Shown in pieces: positions 10,685 through 23,818 of a DNA stretch of 64,000 nt; within the stretch, counting starts at the first letter, position 1, and each line of letters starts with the position of its first letter. The notes under the pieces were generated by a model. It worked only from the letters and a program-made list of their open reading frames with translations, searched no databases and had not been told where the DNA came from. Source of the DNA: Podarcis cretensis. Taxonomy: Eukaryota. The stretch is taken from assembly GCA_951804945.1 (NCBI GenBank), contig OX638152.1, positions 58,404,001 through 58,468,000 of the forward strand, in the 5' to 3' direction. Made by a program: the position numbers and the translations under genes.

Positions 10685-12901
10685 TTTTAGCAAGATGCTT
10701 TTATCAATTGTGTTTTCAGGGCCAGTTGCCTATGCTGAGGATGAAAATATTCCAAACTGGAAAATTAAAAACTTGTAACAATGCTATTTATTTATTCTAA
10801 TTGTTTTTTACCCCTTTTTAAAAGAGAAGTTGGGTGGTGAAAGATAGGTTATCTTGTCACTTACTACTATGTTTATTTTAAGTTTGAGAATAAAGTAATA
10901 AATGCAGGTGCCCACTGTACTTTGGTTTTGTCACATCAAAAGATGAACATACAAAGTGACTTGCCTTGCTGCAGCACAGTGCTGAATATTCTTCAGGGAA
11001 TACTCCCTGGATTTACTCAGCAGAGCTCTTCCTCACCCTTCTGCAACTCCACTCTGTGTGGAGACACTAAGTGCAAGTTGATGAAGCTTGCCCTATGTTC
11101 ATGAACCTCAGAGAGCTATTATTTAGGTAGAAAAAATGAAATAAGCTTTTGCTGTAGAATCTGCCTCAAAAACAAGTGAGGTGCCAGATTAAGTACCCAT
11201 ATTTTGATAAAAGTGTCATGAGTGTCAGCACAAAATGGTTGCCATGGGCAGGGTAAGGAGGGGAGAAATAAAGAGGGTAAATAGGAATGCGCAGTTAGTT
11301 CAGCCATGTGTAATTAAGTTTATATTCGGTAGGGGTTGAGTACTGGAAGATTGCACCAAAGGCTTAATGTAGAAGATGGGTTTTGAGGAACAATCTCAAG
11401 GCAAGATTCCACACAGATGTTCTACAAGAATTTTCTAACCATAAAGAGGCATCTAATCTATTTTCTTAAAAGTGTTATGCATTTTGGCCTATTTTGAAAG
11501 GTGTTCCTAAAAAACAAAGGACAACATTAGGAGTTCTCTGATAGCCTGAGTTTTAGTCTATTCATTCATTTGCCATCTTGCTTTGTTTAATTTATATTGA
11601 GGGTAAGGAATCATTTCTATCCTAGTGGCCACATTCCCTTCTGAGCAACCTTGGAAGGGTCACCTGACAGTGTGTGGAGTGAAATGAAAAAGTGGATGGA
11701 GGAACAAACACAAATTTTGCCTTCATACAGTAGGCTAGTTTGTACATCCCCCCTCTCTATCCTCTCCAGACAAGCAAGCATCATTATTATCAGAGTGGAA
11801 ATACACATTCCAGCCACACTTAATGAGGCTGCTGAACAAGGGCAGAGGAAGAGGCTTGGAGGGCCACATTCAGTGCCCAGAAACGAGAATTCCTAGCCTA
11901 ATCTGTGTAAGAACTGTTGAGGCATTTGGTATATTGATTCTACTGCACACTGTAGTCATGTGATACTTCATGCCTTTTAAAATTGATTGTTATGGTGGCT
12001 GCAAAGATCAGTGCAGGGGCCCATGCCCCCCTCCACGTTTTCCCAAGGTCTTTTTCCATATAGTCACCTGTCATAGGAAGAAAGCTGTTTGAAGGGGAAA
12101 GTGAGGCGTGTTTCAGGGAAGTTGTCTGCCTCTATCAAGAAATGGTTGTAGCTGTTTTAATGATGTGGTGGTGATTTCCCAAATGGTAAGTCAACATCCT
12201 CTCATGAGTCAATCACCAGACTTCCAGCAGTGGATGCTGGAGACAAAGAACACCATCTGAGTCAGAGGGTGGGACCAGGACAGAGGATTGGCCCTCAACA
12301 AAGATTACATTCTGTTTGTGGATTTCCACAGTAAAAGCTTGGGGAGCCACTGTCATGTAGTCCAGTGTGGCATAGGAAGTGAAAAAAGGGATTTGCAACT
12401 TGAGGTTACAGGTTTTGCTACTGGAGGTTATGTATTTTACAAGTTCATCTGAGCCTGACCTATTCTAAGGTATGTCTACATGATTCATGTTTTAGTAATC
12501 AACGTTCAAAGTATGTTGAATTGTAAGGTGTGGGTATTCTGCACTGGGAAACTAGATGCAAACTAGTTAGAATAGCCAAGTATTTCGTATGGTACATGTC
12601 ATTTTCAAGTGGTGGTTCAATTTGAATGGTAGCTGTGATTTCCTCTAAATTATCTCTATGGACCCATTGATTATGTTGGGTGTTTTGCCTAAGGAATAGT
12701 TCATCAGAGGAATCAGAAAGTGTAGCTCAGCTTTGAGGGACAGGGTTATCTTCTGCTTCTGTAGTTGAAGAGAAGGAAGAGGAAACAAGCTACTGTTTAT
12801 AGGGCTCTGGGACTGGAAGAATGTTTGGCTCCCCCCCCCCATATGCAATACATAGAACATGTTGCTACCTATGGGAATATATTGCCCGTACTATCTTTTA
12901 A

Positions 12902-12916
12902 GTCACCATCTGCTGG
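12902..12916 (-). promoter_or_regulatory. CTCF-like motif
   Basis: Reverse complement CCAGCAGATGGTGAC is close to the CTCF core CCASYAGRKGGCR. Confidence 0.3.
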
Positions 12917-13253
12917 TGGCAATGACAAAGACTAGCACCCACAAAGATGGACATTGGGTAAGTGCATGCTAAAGGTATAATTTAAAAATAGATGCTGTTA
13001 CACAGCTTCAGTTCATTTGGAACTTCCCAGTGTATTGTGCCTTGTTTTATCTATATTAAATACCAAGGAAGGGAATGAAAAGCATGTGTGTGTTTATGTG
13101 TGCATCTGTGTAAACCATGATTGCTTCCCTAATTAAGAGGTTCTGCTACCTCAAAGCAGTGATTAAGGCCTTTTGAAAAAGTGTTTGAGGATTTGGGGGG
13201 AAATGTTATAAATTTTGAAACCATAGCACATGTTTGGGAGCAAGTAAAGTTCA

Positions 13254-13626
13254 GGGACGCGGGTGGAGCTGTGGGTAAAACCTCAGCACCTAGGACTTGC
13301 CGATCGCATGGTCGGCGGTTCGAATCCCCGCGGCGGGGTGAGCTCCCGTCGTTCGGTCCCAGCTCCTGCCCACCTAGCAGTTCAAAAGCACCCTTAAGTG
13401 CAAGTAGATAAATAGGTACCGCTTTATAGCGGGAAGGTAAACGGCGTTTCCATGTGCTGCTCTGGTGCCAGTTCGCCAGAGCAGCTTCGTCACGCTGGCC
13501 ACGTGACCCGGAAGTGTCTGCGGACAGCGCTGGCTCCCGGCCTCTAGAGTGAGATGAGCGCACAACCCTAGAGTCTGTCAAGACTGGTCCGTACGGGCAG
13601 GGGTACCTTTACCTTTACCTTTTACC
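13254..13626 (+). mobile_element. Sauria SINE, full length
   Basis: tRNA-like head gggacgcgggtgg with B box GGTTCGAATCC at 13317-13327, (ACCTTT)n tail, TSD TAAAGTTCA at 13245-13253 and 13627-13635; highly similar to 28199-28545. Confidence 0.95.
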
Positions 13627-14583
13627 TAAAGTTCAGGTGGTTGATTTTATGTAAGAGAGCAAAAATTGGTCTTCTGTCAAACACAGTAAGTTTCTCTCTG
13701 TTTGCCCCCTCCCCGCCTCACTTTATGCCTTTTTAGGGAAAATTCCTGGCAGGTTGGTGCATATCAGGGATATCTGCAGGATTTATTCAGTTATAGCACA
13801 AGTATAAACAGGAAATTTCATGTTTATGTACTTGAGCTGTGCTAGTAATAGGTGAGAGGGGGACAGAAATCTAACAATGATAGGAGATGATTAAGCCTTT
13901 TCTACTTGGCTAAGAAACTTGTTGCAGCAACAATGTTTTACCTTCAGAATCTATACAAATGTGTGCACACACTTTAATCTCTGAGGTTCTGTTTCTATAG
14001 GAATGATACAATATATAAGGAGGTTTGGGGAGTAATTTATAGTTACACTCAATATATTGCTTATATTCACAATTTTGTACCAAAGGTTAGAAAGTAATGG
14101 TGTAGTGACTAGTAAAATTAAATATATGCTGTTTAGGTTAAGCTGCTTTGCAGTTCCAGTAAAGCCTGGTAGGGGATTTTTTTTTTGAATACTAGTGGTG
14201 AATATTCAAGCATGAGAGTGAAAGTTAAACAAATGTCATTTAAAAGGAGATTGCAGTACAGTAGTTAACTATATTTTGGTGTTGATAAATTGAGTAGAAA
14301 TCTGAGTTTGACACCTTCTTATCAAGTTATTTGAAAGCACAGCATATCTTCAAGCAGGTGGATATAAATAATTGATTTAAATAATTAAATTGTGTTAACC
14401 AAAGAACCTGTATAAACTCATGTGAATTCAGCATTGGTATATTTATATAAATCAGAATAGTTCTGCCTCTTTCATGCTGCTATGCAATGTCCTGTTTTAA
14501 ACAGATGTTGTAAGAGTTGCTTGATACAAAAGAAAACCAATTTATGCATTTAGTGATAATTTGATGTGGCTGCATTATGTGTG

Positions 14584-14597
14584 GTGCCATCTAGTGG
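14584..14597 (-). promoter_or_regulatory. CTCF core motif
   Basis: Reverse complement CCACTAGATGGCAC fits CCASYAGRKGGCRS at every position. Confidence 0.45.
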
Positions 14598-15970
14598 TGT
14601 ACTTGGTGTACTGTAAGGTTTTGGTATTTAATAAACATTGATTAAGATTTGCCGTTTTACTGTTTATATGGGAAGCTTTTAAAACACTTAAAACATTTTT
14701 TTCAACAGAAAGCATTGTACATAACATAATTTATACATGCTAATTGAAAGTGTGAAACTGTTCATTTTTAAAGCATGAGTAGTGTGCTTTTAACTGTGGA
14801 AAAAAGACAGAATTTAAAACAGGCATTTAAGTCAGCTTTAGTGAGAAGAGGGGTATACAGTAGAAAAAGGGAAGAATATGGGGAGGAAGAGCGTAAACAA
14901 AACATTTAAGATTCCATTAATGCTGCTTTGGGGCTTGAAAAGTGCCACATAGTTCTATGCAAACTGGAAGGTAGAATATGAAAGAGATTGTTGAAAAGGA
15001 ACTGCTCAGGGATCCCTACCACATTCTTTTTGGAAAACAAATGTACACACCTATGTATTAAGATGTAGATGTTATAAGTGTAAGACTCTCATGCTATCCT
15101 GACTTCATGGGATGTTTTAAGGCATTCACTTACAGCAGAGTAAAATTTCATACATTGCTTAGAACTTTCTACACCTCTCAGAAATGCTAATCTTTCCAGG
15201 ACCTCCTTAGGATTTGATTGTGTGTTTCTGCGCCTTCTGGAGTTAATGTGGGAAGTGCTTATACATTCTTTGGTAGCAAATCATGAGCCAAGGGAACAAC
15301 TAATGTGTGTCTTTACTTACTGATGTTGGAGACTTCTTCCTTCTGTTTAAAAAGCTCTCGGGGAATGTACAGGAATAGTATGCATGTATAACATCCTGAA
15401 TAGTTGCAAGCTGATGTTTATTACCACCTTTTCAGGAATGATTCCAAGCTCCATATGAAGAAAGGAAATATGGTTACCTAAGATGCAAAATATTTGTGCA
15501 ATTAATAGCCAAAGAATAGCCAAACTAACAAAAGAACCCCAAGAAAACCACAGGGCAGAGCCTGCCATATATTATACTAGACTCTCAGACAAGCTAGTGA
15601 ACTAGTGATGTTTTCTTGCATTAAATCATTGCCTGTGACAACCAGGTATTCAGAATCAAAAGTCTGGTTCCTGCCACAACAGGCATCATATTGTAACACA
15701 CAATCTGCCCATCAGTTACATAATCTGAATGTATGTGTATAGGAATGTGGAGAGAGGTTTAATTTACTGTTCCTTCCTCTGGATTGTTGCCGCTGGATTA
15801 CTCCAGACAAGAAAGGTTTTCTATAGAGTGTCCTTATTTATAACACAAACTGAAGCAGTCTGCTATTTGGCACAGGTTACAGTGGTTAAAATGCTTTAAA
15901 ACAGTGCTACATAACAGCATTCCTTAAAGTGCAATACGGCCTAATCTTACATGCATCATATATATACTTG

Positions 15971-15972
<2 letters not shown>

Positions 15973-16006
<34 letters not shown>
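15973..16006. repeat. (GT)n microsatellite
   Basis: Direct reading. Confidence 0.97.
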
Positions 16007-16014
<8 letters not shown>

Positions 16015-16095
16015 GTATGATGCATGTAAGATTATATATATAATGTGTTGAGTTGTTGGTAACAGTGTGCTCTGGCTTCTGTCACAGTGTCTCAT

Positions 16096-16141
16096 TGCAC
16101 CAGAAGCGGTTTAGTCATGCTGGCCACATGACCTGGAAAGC
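16096..16141 (+). mobile_element. Sauria SINE internal fragment
   Basis: gcggtttagtcatgctggccacatgacctggaaagc matches the gtcacgctggccacgtgacccggaag body of the full copies. Confidence 0.65.
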
Positions 16142-16364
16142 AGGTTCTGTGTCCCAATTGGGAGCATAAGCACACATATATTTATTTATTAAATTTCTAT
16201 GACACCCTCTCTCTGAGGAATAAAGGGCAGTTCACAATATAGAAACACAAAAATATGTAACAAAGTAACTAGCCAAAGGCCTTGGGAAAAGAGGAATATT
16301 TTTGACTGACGCCTAAGCATCTAGTCTCATTGATTTCACTGAGACTATATTTTAGCCTTGGAAT

Positions 16365-16710
16365 TGGGAACCCGCTCCCCTCCAGATGTTGAAGAAGAAG
16401 AGGTTGGTTTTTGATATTCCACTTTATCACTACCCGAAGGAGTCTCAAAGCGGCCAACATTCTCCTTTCCCTTCCTCCCCCACAGCAAACACTCTGTGAG
16501 GTGAGTGGGGCTGAGAGACTTCAGAGAAGTGTGACTAGCCCAAGGTCACCCAGCAGCTGCATGTGGAGGAGCAGAGATGCGAACCCGGTTCACCAGATTG
16601 CGAGTCTACCGCTCTTAACCACTACACCACACTACACCCATCAACCCTAGCCAGCCAGGCCAATGGTCAGGGATGACAGCAGTTGTTGTCCAACAGGCCA
16701 CAGGTTCCCT
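16365..16710. mobile_element. Palindromic MITE (hAT-like) split by a SINE insertion
   Basis: gggaacc...cctccagatgtt on the left and cccatcaaccct...ggtcagggatgacagcagttgttgtccaaca...ggttccc on the right; related remnants at 29480-29546 and 61845-61921. Confidence 0.55.
16391..16633 (-). mobile_element. tRNA-derived SINE (Squam3-like)
   Basis: Reverse complement begins agtgtggtgtagtggttaagagcggtagactc...gggttcgc (A and B boxes), has a CORE-like gggtgaccttgggctagtcac segment and ends in a (CTT)n tail. Confidence 0.85.
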
Positions 16711-17479
16711 GTTCCCGTTTCAATCTCCAATAACAAATATGTCCAAGACTTCATATTGCAAAGAAGAAACGTGCATTTACGATAAAAAAATAAGTAAATG
16801 ATAGTGTGTGCTTAGAGTAAAAGCTGGAGTAATTCTTAACGGACCTGAGATATGGTCATATTACCTGAATTATAAACAGATGCCTGGTCTACTCAAGCAA
16901 CTAAATTAGGTGGTAGAATCCTGTGTTTTTAAGCCTGGACCATACTGCTTCAGACTTATAGGTAATATATCACTTTTTAAAAATGATCCCAAGGATAAAC
17001 ATTCCTTTCAAACAAAAACAAAAAGCCTAGTACATCAGAGAGAAACAGGTTCTAGCCCAGTGTGTTTCCCTGCTGAGCTAGTTTTCTACCTCCATGAAGT
17101 ATTTTATTTGAACAAAGCTTTCAAAAATGTGCTTTCCCAACCTATAGTGGGAATCTGAAGTGATTCAATGAATTAAGGACTACCACATTTTGCTGCCTAT
17201 GCCGACTTGCTCAAAGTGAATTTTAATAGACTCTAGGAAGACAGAATGTTGGGGTTGGTGAGTTTATAGCAGAACTGAAATTTGAACCTGATTGGCCTTG
17301 TTGGCGTGTTGCTAGCGTTCAGCCTCAGTTCCTATTCTACAAAAGAGACACCACAATGCTTCATCTCACTGTGTTAACTTAAGGGGTAAGCATCACATTC
17401 AGCACTTGAAGACCACACAGAGATGCTATAGTCAGCTTGGCCTTTTGTAGCTATCAGGGTAAGAAGTTTTCATTCTAAC

Positions 17480-17493
17480 AGATGGATAGATGA

Positions 17494-17540
<47 letters not shown>

Positions 17541-17541
17541 T
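17480..17541. repeat. (GATA)n microsatellite
   Basis: Direct reading. Confidence 0.97.
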
Positions 17542-17919
17542 CTCGCTGCCTGGTACATTAACACAAGAGAATGATAAGTCACTGAGTTTACAGAGTAATA
17601 CAAGTTGTTGGATGGAATATAAATAGGAAGGAGGGGAAACTTTACTTCTGAGTTTTATTTTTCATTGTGGCTGGAGTTGTTGCCCAGGCTGTTTTAGGCA
17701 CTGTAATTTTAATACTGTAATTATAATATAGTGGTGTGTCATCTACATTGTAGAACTGGTAAACCATAATAGATCGAATGGACTTTGCCACATGACATAT
17801 TAGTGGCTTTCTTTACTGATTCGTACTCATACCCCTGATCTCTCTTACAAATGGGAAAAGAAAAACCTATAACTTGAAACCTTTGCAAAATGGGTAGCTG
17901 TTTACCAGCATGAATTGAG

Positions 17920-18124
17920 GGCAGATCAACACAATACATTTGAAGCACATTAAATACATATTTAAAGCACGTTAATTCCCCCCCAAAATCTTTGGAAGTG
18001 TTGTTTATTGAGAGTGCTGGGATATATAGCCCTGTGAGGGGGGGGGGGGGAAATGCAGTTTCAAGGATTCTTTGAGGCGCTCATGTGCATTGAATGTGTT
18101 TTAACTGTATTGTGTGGATCTGCC
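17920..18124. mobile_element. PIF/Harbinger-like MITE
   Basis: TIRs ggcagatcaacacaatac / gtattgtgtggatctgcc with further internal inverted similarity. Confidence 0.7.
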
Positions 18125-21100
18125 ATTAACATATGAGAAACTGACTGTTACCTCTTGCTGAAGTGTCATTTGTTTTCTTTCTTATTGGTACTCCTTTGGG
18201 AATATCCCAATAGTCATTTGATGCCATGAAACACTGCTGGTATTAGTCTGAAAACAGTAGTGCAGGGAAAGCCTTGCTGATCCCCCCCCCCCTGTGAAAA
18301 TATTACAAAACCATTATTTTTATTGTTTTACATACAATTTAAATAACGCAAGGAATAGTACAATAACAAGGGAGTTGAAAATGAGGGAAAGGAGAAGCAA
18401 GGGAGGTAATGATAAATATAGCAAGGGGCTAACAGTAGTCTAATCAGTCACCATTGCACACTTACCTAATCATTATTACTGATAAGTGTATTAATTCTTT
18501 AACAGAGAACTTCAGGGGTATAAGTAAAATACGTTTTCTATAGCTGCAGTTCAGAACTGAGAAGGTGTAAAGAACTACTTGAGACCCCAAGCATACAGTT
18601 TTAAAAGCACTAAATAGCTAAAGAAAGGTGTCAGGAGTTGGGAGCGTGGTATTGAAAGACCTGGTGTTTGGAAGGGAAGGGGAGCAGGAAACATTGTTGG
18701 TGTTAGAGAAGAATGGAATGTTTAAAAGACCAGGGCTTGTTATTTCCAGGAGAAGGGCGGCTGCTGCAGTCTGCAAGAGCTGTGGGAAGCACTGACTCGA
18801 TTAGACAGCCCACTCACAGGATATAAGAGGGAAGCATGATCAAGTGGGCAGAGGTCACAAAAATGCCGTGTGTTAGCCTTTCTAGAGATGACTTAGGAGG
18901 TACTGCGGTTGCATATCCTGAATTTCCATCACCTAATGCACTGGGTTTATAAAGGAGGGTGGGTTTCAGGATGCAGGGTGTGTGGTGTGTGTAGGCAGCC
19001 GTTCTTATATGACAGTGGGTGGAGATTGTAGCATTTCTTGTGCTTTTCCTGTGACATTTTTCCTTAAAGAAACAGGCTGCATTTTATTAGGGCCAGTTAG
19101 CTTCTGTTCCCCACCCCTCCCTTCCCCTGCTCTAGTATAGAGGGTGTTGAGGTTATATTTAAAGCCCCAGTATTAAATACCAGTTAGAAAAAGCATTCCT
19201 CACACAGTAGTTGTGAAGATGGCAGGTTATAAATTAGCTTGCAGGGAGTTTTAGAGAGATTGTAGTAAGTTTAAACCTATAGCAAGCCAGACATTGTAAC
19301 AGTACACACATGTGCGTGCACACAACAAAGAAATAAATGATTGGTGTTGTGTGTTTTAGGTTTCGTCTCCAGAAATACAAAAGCAATCATCCATTTTGCT
19401 CCAAGCTTTTCATATTTGCAAATGAATACTTTTTGCAAACCAATATTTCAAATGCATTTCCCCCCCTTTGGATGGTATGACATTAATTTTTCTCTTTAAA
19501 AAAGGCTTTCAAAATGTATTTTGTTGTTGTAACTCTTAAGTCTGGTGTAGCTTTGAATGGGTAATCTGTGTCATATATAATTCCCAAATTTTTGGCTCTA
19601 AAATAGTGAACAGCTTGTCTGTACTAGTGCTTCTCCCCCTCCTAAGCACATAACATTTCTCCATTTAAAGGCATAATAAGACTGTCAAGAGTTTGATTTT
19701 CTTATATGTTTCAGTCTGTAGACTGATCTTTGCTAACTCTCTAAACTTTTCTGTCTTGTATGAATCTTTTCAGGTCTATGGGTGTCCCAACACTCCTTTT
19801 AACTCAATTTATATAATTAAGTCTTCCTCATGCACTTCTTTCTAATTTCCTTACACTTATATCACCCCTATTCTTAGAATATGCCCTACCATAATTGTTC
19901 ACTCTTTTACATTTGGCTCTGCCCAGTCACATCCAATATTTCTTATCAGTTTGCCACTCAATATTAGGATATTAGATCTCACTTTTGAGCTTCATAGGAA
20001 AATAATTTCTCTTAAGCTATATGGTTACCAGACAATGAGTTGTGGGTTTTTGTCGGGGTTTGGGGCTCTAAATTTATATGTCAAAGTTCCTGTTAAAAAT
20101 TCAAGCAGTTGAATATTCTATTCATACTAACTTGGAAGTAATGGAACCCAAATTTAGACATTCTTGTGTTAGCAAGAAATATCTAAAAGGTTCAGGAAAG
20201 GGGGAGGAAACGGATGGCAAATGTTGATGACCTAGGTGCTAATCAGACCATGTGAATGCCTCTCCCCTCACATATTAACTGATCATAACTATCCAGCAAT
20301 ATGCAGTAGTAGATAAAGTCATGCTCTTTCATCTTTGTTCAAAGTATGCATTAGCTTGAGTCTTTTAAATTTGTAAGCTTCAGATCATGGTTTAGGTGCT
20401 AATCTAAATAATGGTTAGAGGAGAGCCTAGTGTGGATCTGGTATCTGAATTTAATGTAAGTATATACATGAAGATTGTTGTGTGGGAAAGGCAGGAAAGC
20501 TGTTATATTCTCTAACCTTTCCTTCTATTTTTGCATTTTTCTGCAATGTAACAGTTGTCACAGGACTTAAATACCTGTGTGATTTTGTTGTTGTTGCATA
20601 AATTATGTTTTCTTGGGTCCTGAATGATACAATCTCATATTCTTGATTATAACAAGTGTTAAAATTCTAAGCCAGGTGGGATTCTTTTTCAAGTCTGAAA
20701 GAAATGAAAGTATGTCATAATTCACACTGTTACTATTTGCTTATATTGGTTACAGAAAATCTGCACATTCGACATGTCAGTATATTGTTTTTCTGAATGT
20801 TTTAGATACCAAATGAGAGTTTAGTGCCATGTTACACACATTCTGTTTTTCTCGCATGTAAGATAAACGTACTATTAAATGGTGTGAGCATACTCTTGTA
20901 GCATAAGGCAGCAGTGTACAGTGCACTTAAATTCCTGTAACTGGCATCTCAGACAGTTTGTAGTCTTTTTAGCCTCAGTAACTCTTGCAGTGCCATCTTC
21001 TTTCTCTTTCTCTATGGCCCATATGCTATTTCAGCATTGCATGAAGTGATAACTTTCCCATCCATCCCCAGCTGTATTATGAAGCACAACTCATTGCGTT

Positions 21101-21206
21101 ACTTGGCACCATCATGTGGTGCATTTCCCTGCGCCTGAGCAACATCACTGGCAACTGGAGGCAAGGTAGCTTACCTGTGCAGAGCATCCTCTGGGGAAAG
21201 GAGGAG

Positions 21207-21236
21207 AGAGGAAGTGAATCTTGCCCCATGACTCAT
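21207..21236. promoter_or_regulatory. ETS/PU.1 plus AP-1 motif pair, candidate enhancer core
   Basis: AGAGGAAGTG 21207-21216 and ATGACTCAT 21228-21236 within a GC-richer non-repetitive patch. Confidence 0.3.
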
Positions 21237-21764
21237 TGTGCGGCAGTGCTGGGATCAGTTCCCGCACCTTTTAATAACATTTAAAAGCAGAAATTGAGCA
21301 GGTGAAAACTTCTTCATAATATTATCTTCATGCCATAAAAAAAGCATCACCTGTGTCATTTCTGTTGTCAGGCCCCACTTGGGGAAAAGGTGGTAATCTT
21401 AGGTATATCTGCTGCACAAAATACATGGAAATGCTAGCCCATCAGCCTGATGTAGTGTAATGCAACATGTGCCAGTCATAGTTCAGTGTGGGGGTCCAAA
21501 CTAGACATGACCACAGTTCTGTAAATCTTTATCCTGTGTTCATTAAAAAACAAACAAACAAAGGCAGAATACAAAGTGCTTAAGAAGAGGGATAGAGGGG
21601 AATGGTAGAGTAACTTCATCAGTCTTTCTCCTCAAAATTGCCTCCCCCAGCTGCTGTTTTTACACTGTAGATGAAAAGATGTCTTATTTTCATACAGGTA
21701 GAAAAGTGTAAGAGGTAGCGTGTGACTTCAGTTTTAAAGGGTGTCAGGAGAACCACCAGTTACT

Positions 21765-21936
21765 GGTGTAGACCAAGCCAGACCATGAGTCCATCAGCTC
21801 TGCTCAGTGTTGTCACTGTCAGCACCTCTCCAGGGTTTCAGAAAGGAGTCCTTCCTAGGCCTCCCTGGAAGGATTGAATCTGGTCCCTTTTTGAATGCAA
21901 AGTACATGCTCTACCACTGAGTCATGGTTTCCCCCC
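21765..21936 (-). mobile_element. tRNA-derived SINE, degenerate
   Basis: Reverse complement starts ggggaaaccatgactcagtggtagagcatgtactttgcattc...ttcaatcc; body is shared with 23655-23818. Confidence 0.75.
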
Positions 21937-22435
21937 ATAAACAGAAAGATACACATGACTGCATGCCACATATAGTTTAGGTCTGAGTTGCTCTCCAAAA
22001 TATGCAGTGAAAATAAGTTCCTGCAGTACAATAGAAAGTTGGCAATCTTACAGTTTCATCTAGTGGCATCTAGACCACTATCGTCAATACAGTCATCTGA
22101 ATATTTTCACTTCTTTGAAAAAGAATCATCTCATTGCTGTACAAGACAGTTCTGTACAATTCTTTTTAGAACCTGCTTATAGAGGCTGCACAGATGATTC
22201 AGATCCCTGATTATGTATAGCTTTATGTTGAGTGGGAAGCTTTCACATGTACCCTATTGCAGGCATGAGCCCTGTAAGACGTCGGAAGCAGCAGAGATGG
22301 GACAGGGGCACTGCAGAGGTGGCAGGGCTAGCCAAGGTTGCTGCTCTCCCTCACATGATTTTAATCACATCGAGGAACTGAACACCCAAATAGGGCTTGT
22401 GGTGTTCATGTGTGTCCCACAGAGTTTTCCTGAAT

Positions 22436-22440
<5 letters not shown>

Positions 22441-22468
<28 letters not shown>
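22441..22468. repeat. (AC)n microsatellite
   Basis: Direct reading. Confidence 0.97.
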
Positions 22469-22471
<3 letters not shown>

Positions 22472-22966
22472 TACATAGGATTAATAGCTGTGAACGGTGT
22501 TTATTTTTCTAAGAGATATTCTTTTAAAGTGATAACTGATTAACTAGTTCAAGAAATATAGACTTTTTTCAGTTTTAGTTTTGATATCCTTGCTAAAAGC
22601 TTTGTGATGGTTAGCACACTACATAAACAAAATACAAACATTATCTTTTTCTCTCTCTACTCACAGTGGTACTGCATACTTGTGGTCTGACTTTTGCCCA
22701 ATGCCTCCATGCAAAGCCACAGATTCAGACTGGGTGGCATAAACAAAAATAAGGGTTTTCTGTTTCTGTGTTGACTTGTTTTATAAACTGAGGGCATTAC
22801 TTTTAAGTAGAGCTGTTGTGTGAGGTGTATGCCTTTCTGTAAGTAAATGTCCTCTGTAACCACTCAAGAATATAAAGTGCATCACATCAGCATGCAGAAA
22901 AAGTCATGTGAGTATTGAACTCGCCCATATTACTAGAGAAGGGGAAGACAGGCAAGGAAAAGAGTT

Positions 22967-22997
22967 TTCTTTCTTTCTTTCTTTCTTTCTTTCTTTC
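22967..22997. repeat. (TTTC)n microsatellite
   Basis: Direct reading. Confidence 0.95.
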
Positions 22998-23654
22998 ATC
23001 ACTAACTGGATTAGGCTGTCCACCTATAAACATGTTTTTGAAGGGTGAAAACATATTCTCTACCCTTCCTTAACTTAAGTTTGCAAAAGACCACTCAATG
23101 TAAGAAGTCATATACTCACTCTGTTCCTTCTCCCCCACCTCAAGAGAGAGATGAATCTGGAAAATCCTATATATTGTCCCTCACTGGGATACTGAAAGGC
23201 TGTCTGATTGCATTCGCTCACCTTCTCTTTCTAGCTGGAGGTGGGGTGGGGGGCAGGGGAGAGTGGATGGGTTGGGGGTGGAGGACAGAATTTGAGTTCA
23301 TTAAACCCTACTTCATTCACCCACCTAAGTAAATACAGAAAGGATTGCTGGCTGCTTTTTTTTTTTTTTTTGGCCTCTCTGTCTCTTTCTCTCTATCAAG
23401 GAGAGCTAGGTGGGGAGGGTGGGGGGAAAGCAAGCCATCACAGACACCATGGCACCACTATGTCCATGACCTATCTACCAGGTACAATTCCATTATGAAA
23501 AGTGTGTCTGCCAGTGCTTAGTTAGGTACCTAATAATTTATTCTATGTTGGGGGGGGGGGACTGTTCTTAGTACACATTGTGAATAAGTAGTTTCTAGTG
23601 CCAAGAGATGCCCCTGTGTTGTAATTCTACATCCAGTGATGGTGGCTGTTGCTG

Positions 23655-23818
23655 GCATAGCCCTGCCAGTGGTAAAAGTATCTGCTTCACCTGCAAATCC
23701 CTGGCATCTCAAATTGGGCAGGGGAAAAGCTTGTCTGAAATCCTGGAGAGTTTCTGCCAGTCAGTGTAGACAGTACTGAGCTAGATCTTACTCCATATAA
23801 GGCAGCTTCTGCTGTTTC
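23655..23818 (+). mobile_element. tRNA-derived SINE, degenerate, same family as 21765-21936
   Basis: cagtggtaaaagtatctgctt...atccctggcatctc...tctgaaatcctggagag...gccagtcagtgtagacagtactgagctagat...taaggcagcttc. Confidence 0.75.

Noticed and set aside
13129-13581. 150-aa ORF with paralogous ORFs at 28126-28505
   Set aside because: These are translations of Sauria SINE sequence, not genes
16560-16633. tRNA-like sequences here and at 21870-21936 and 42704-42767
   Set aside because: They are SINE heads with A and B boxes and no intact cloverleaf
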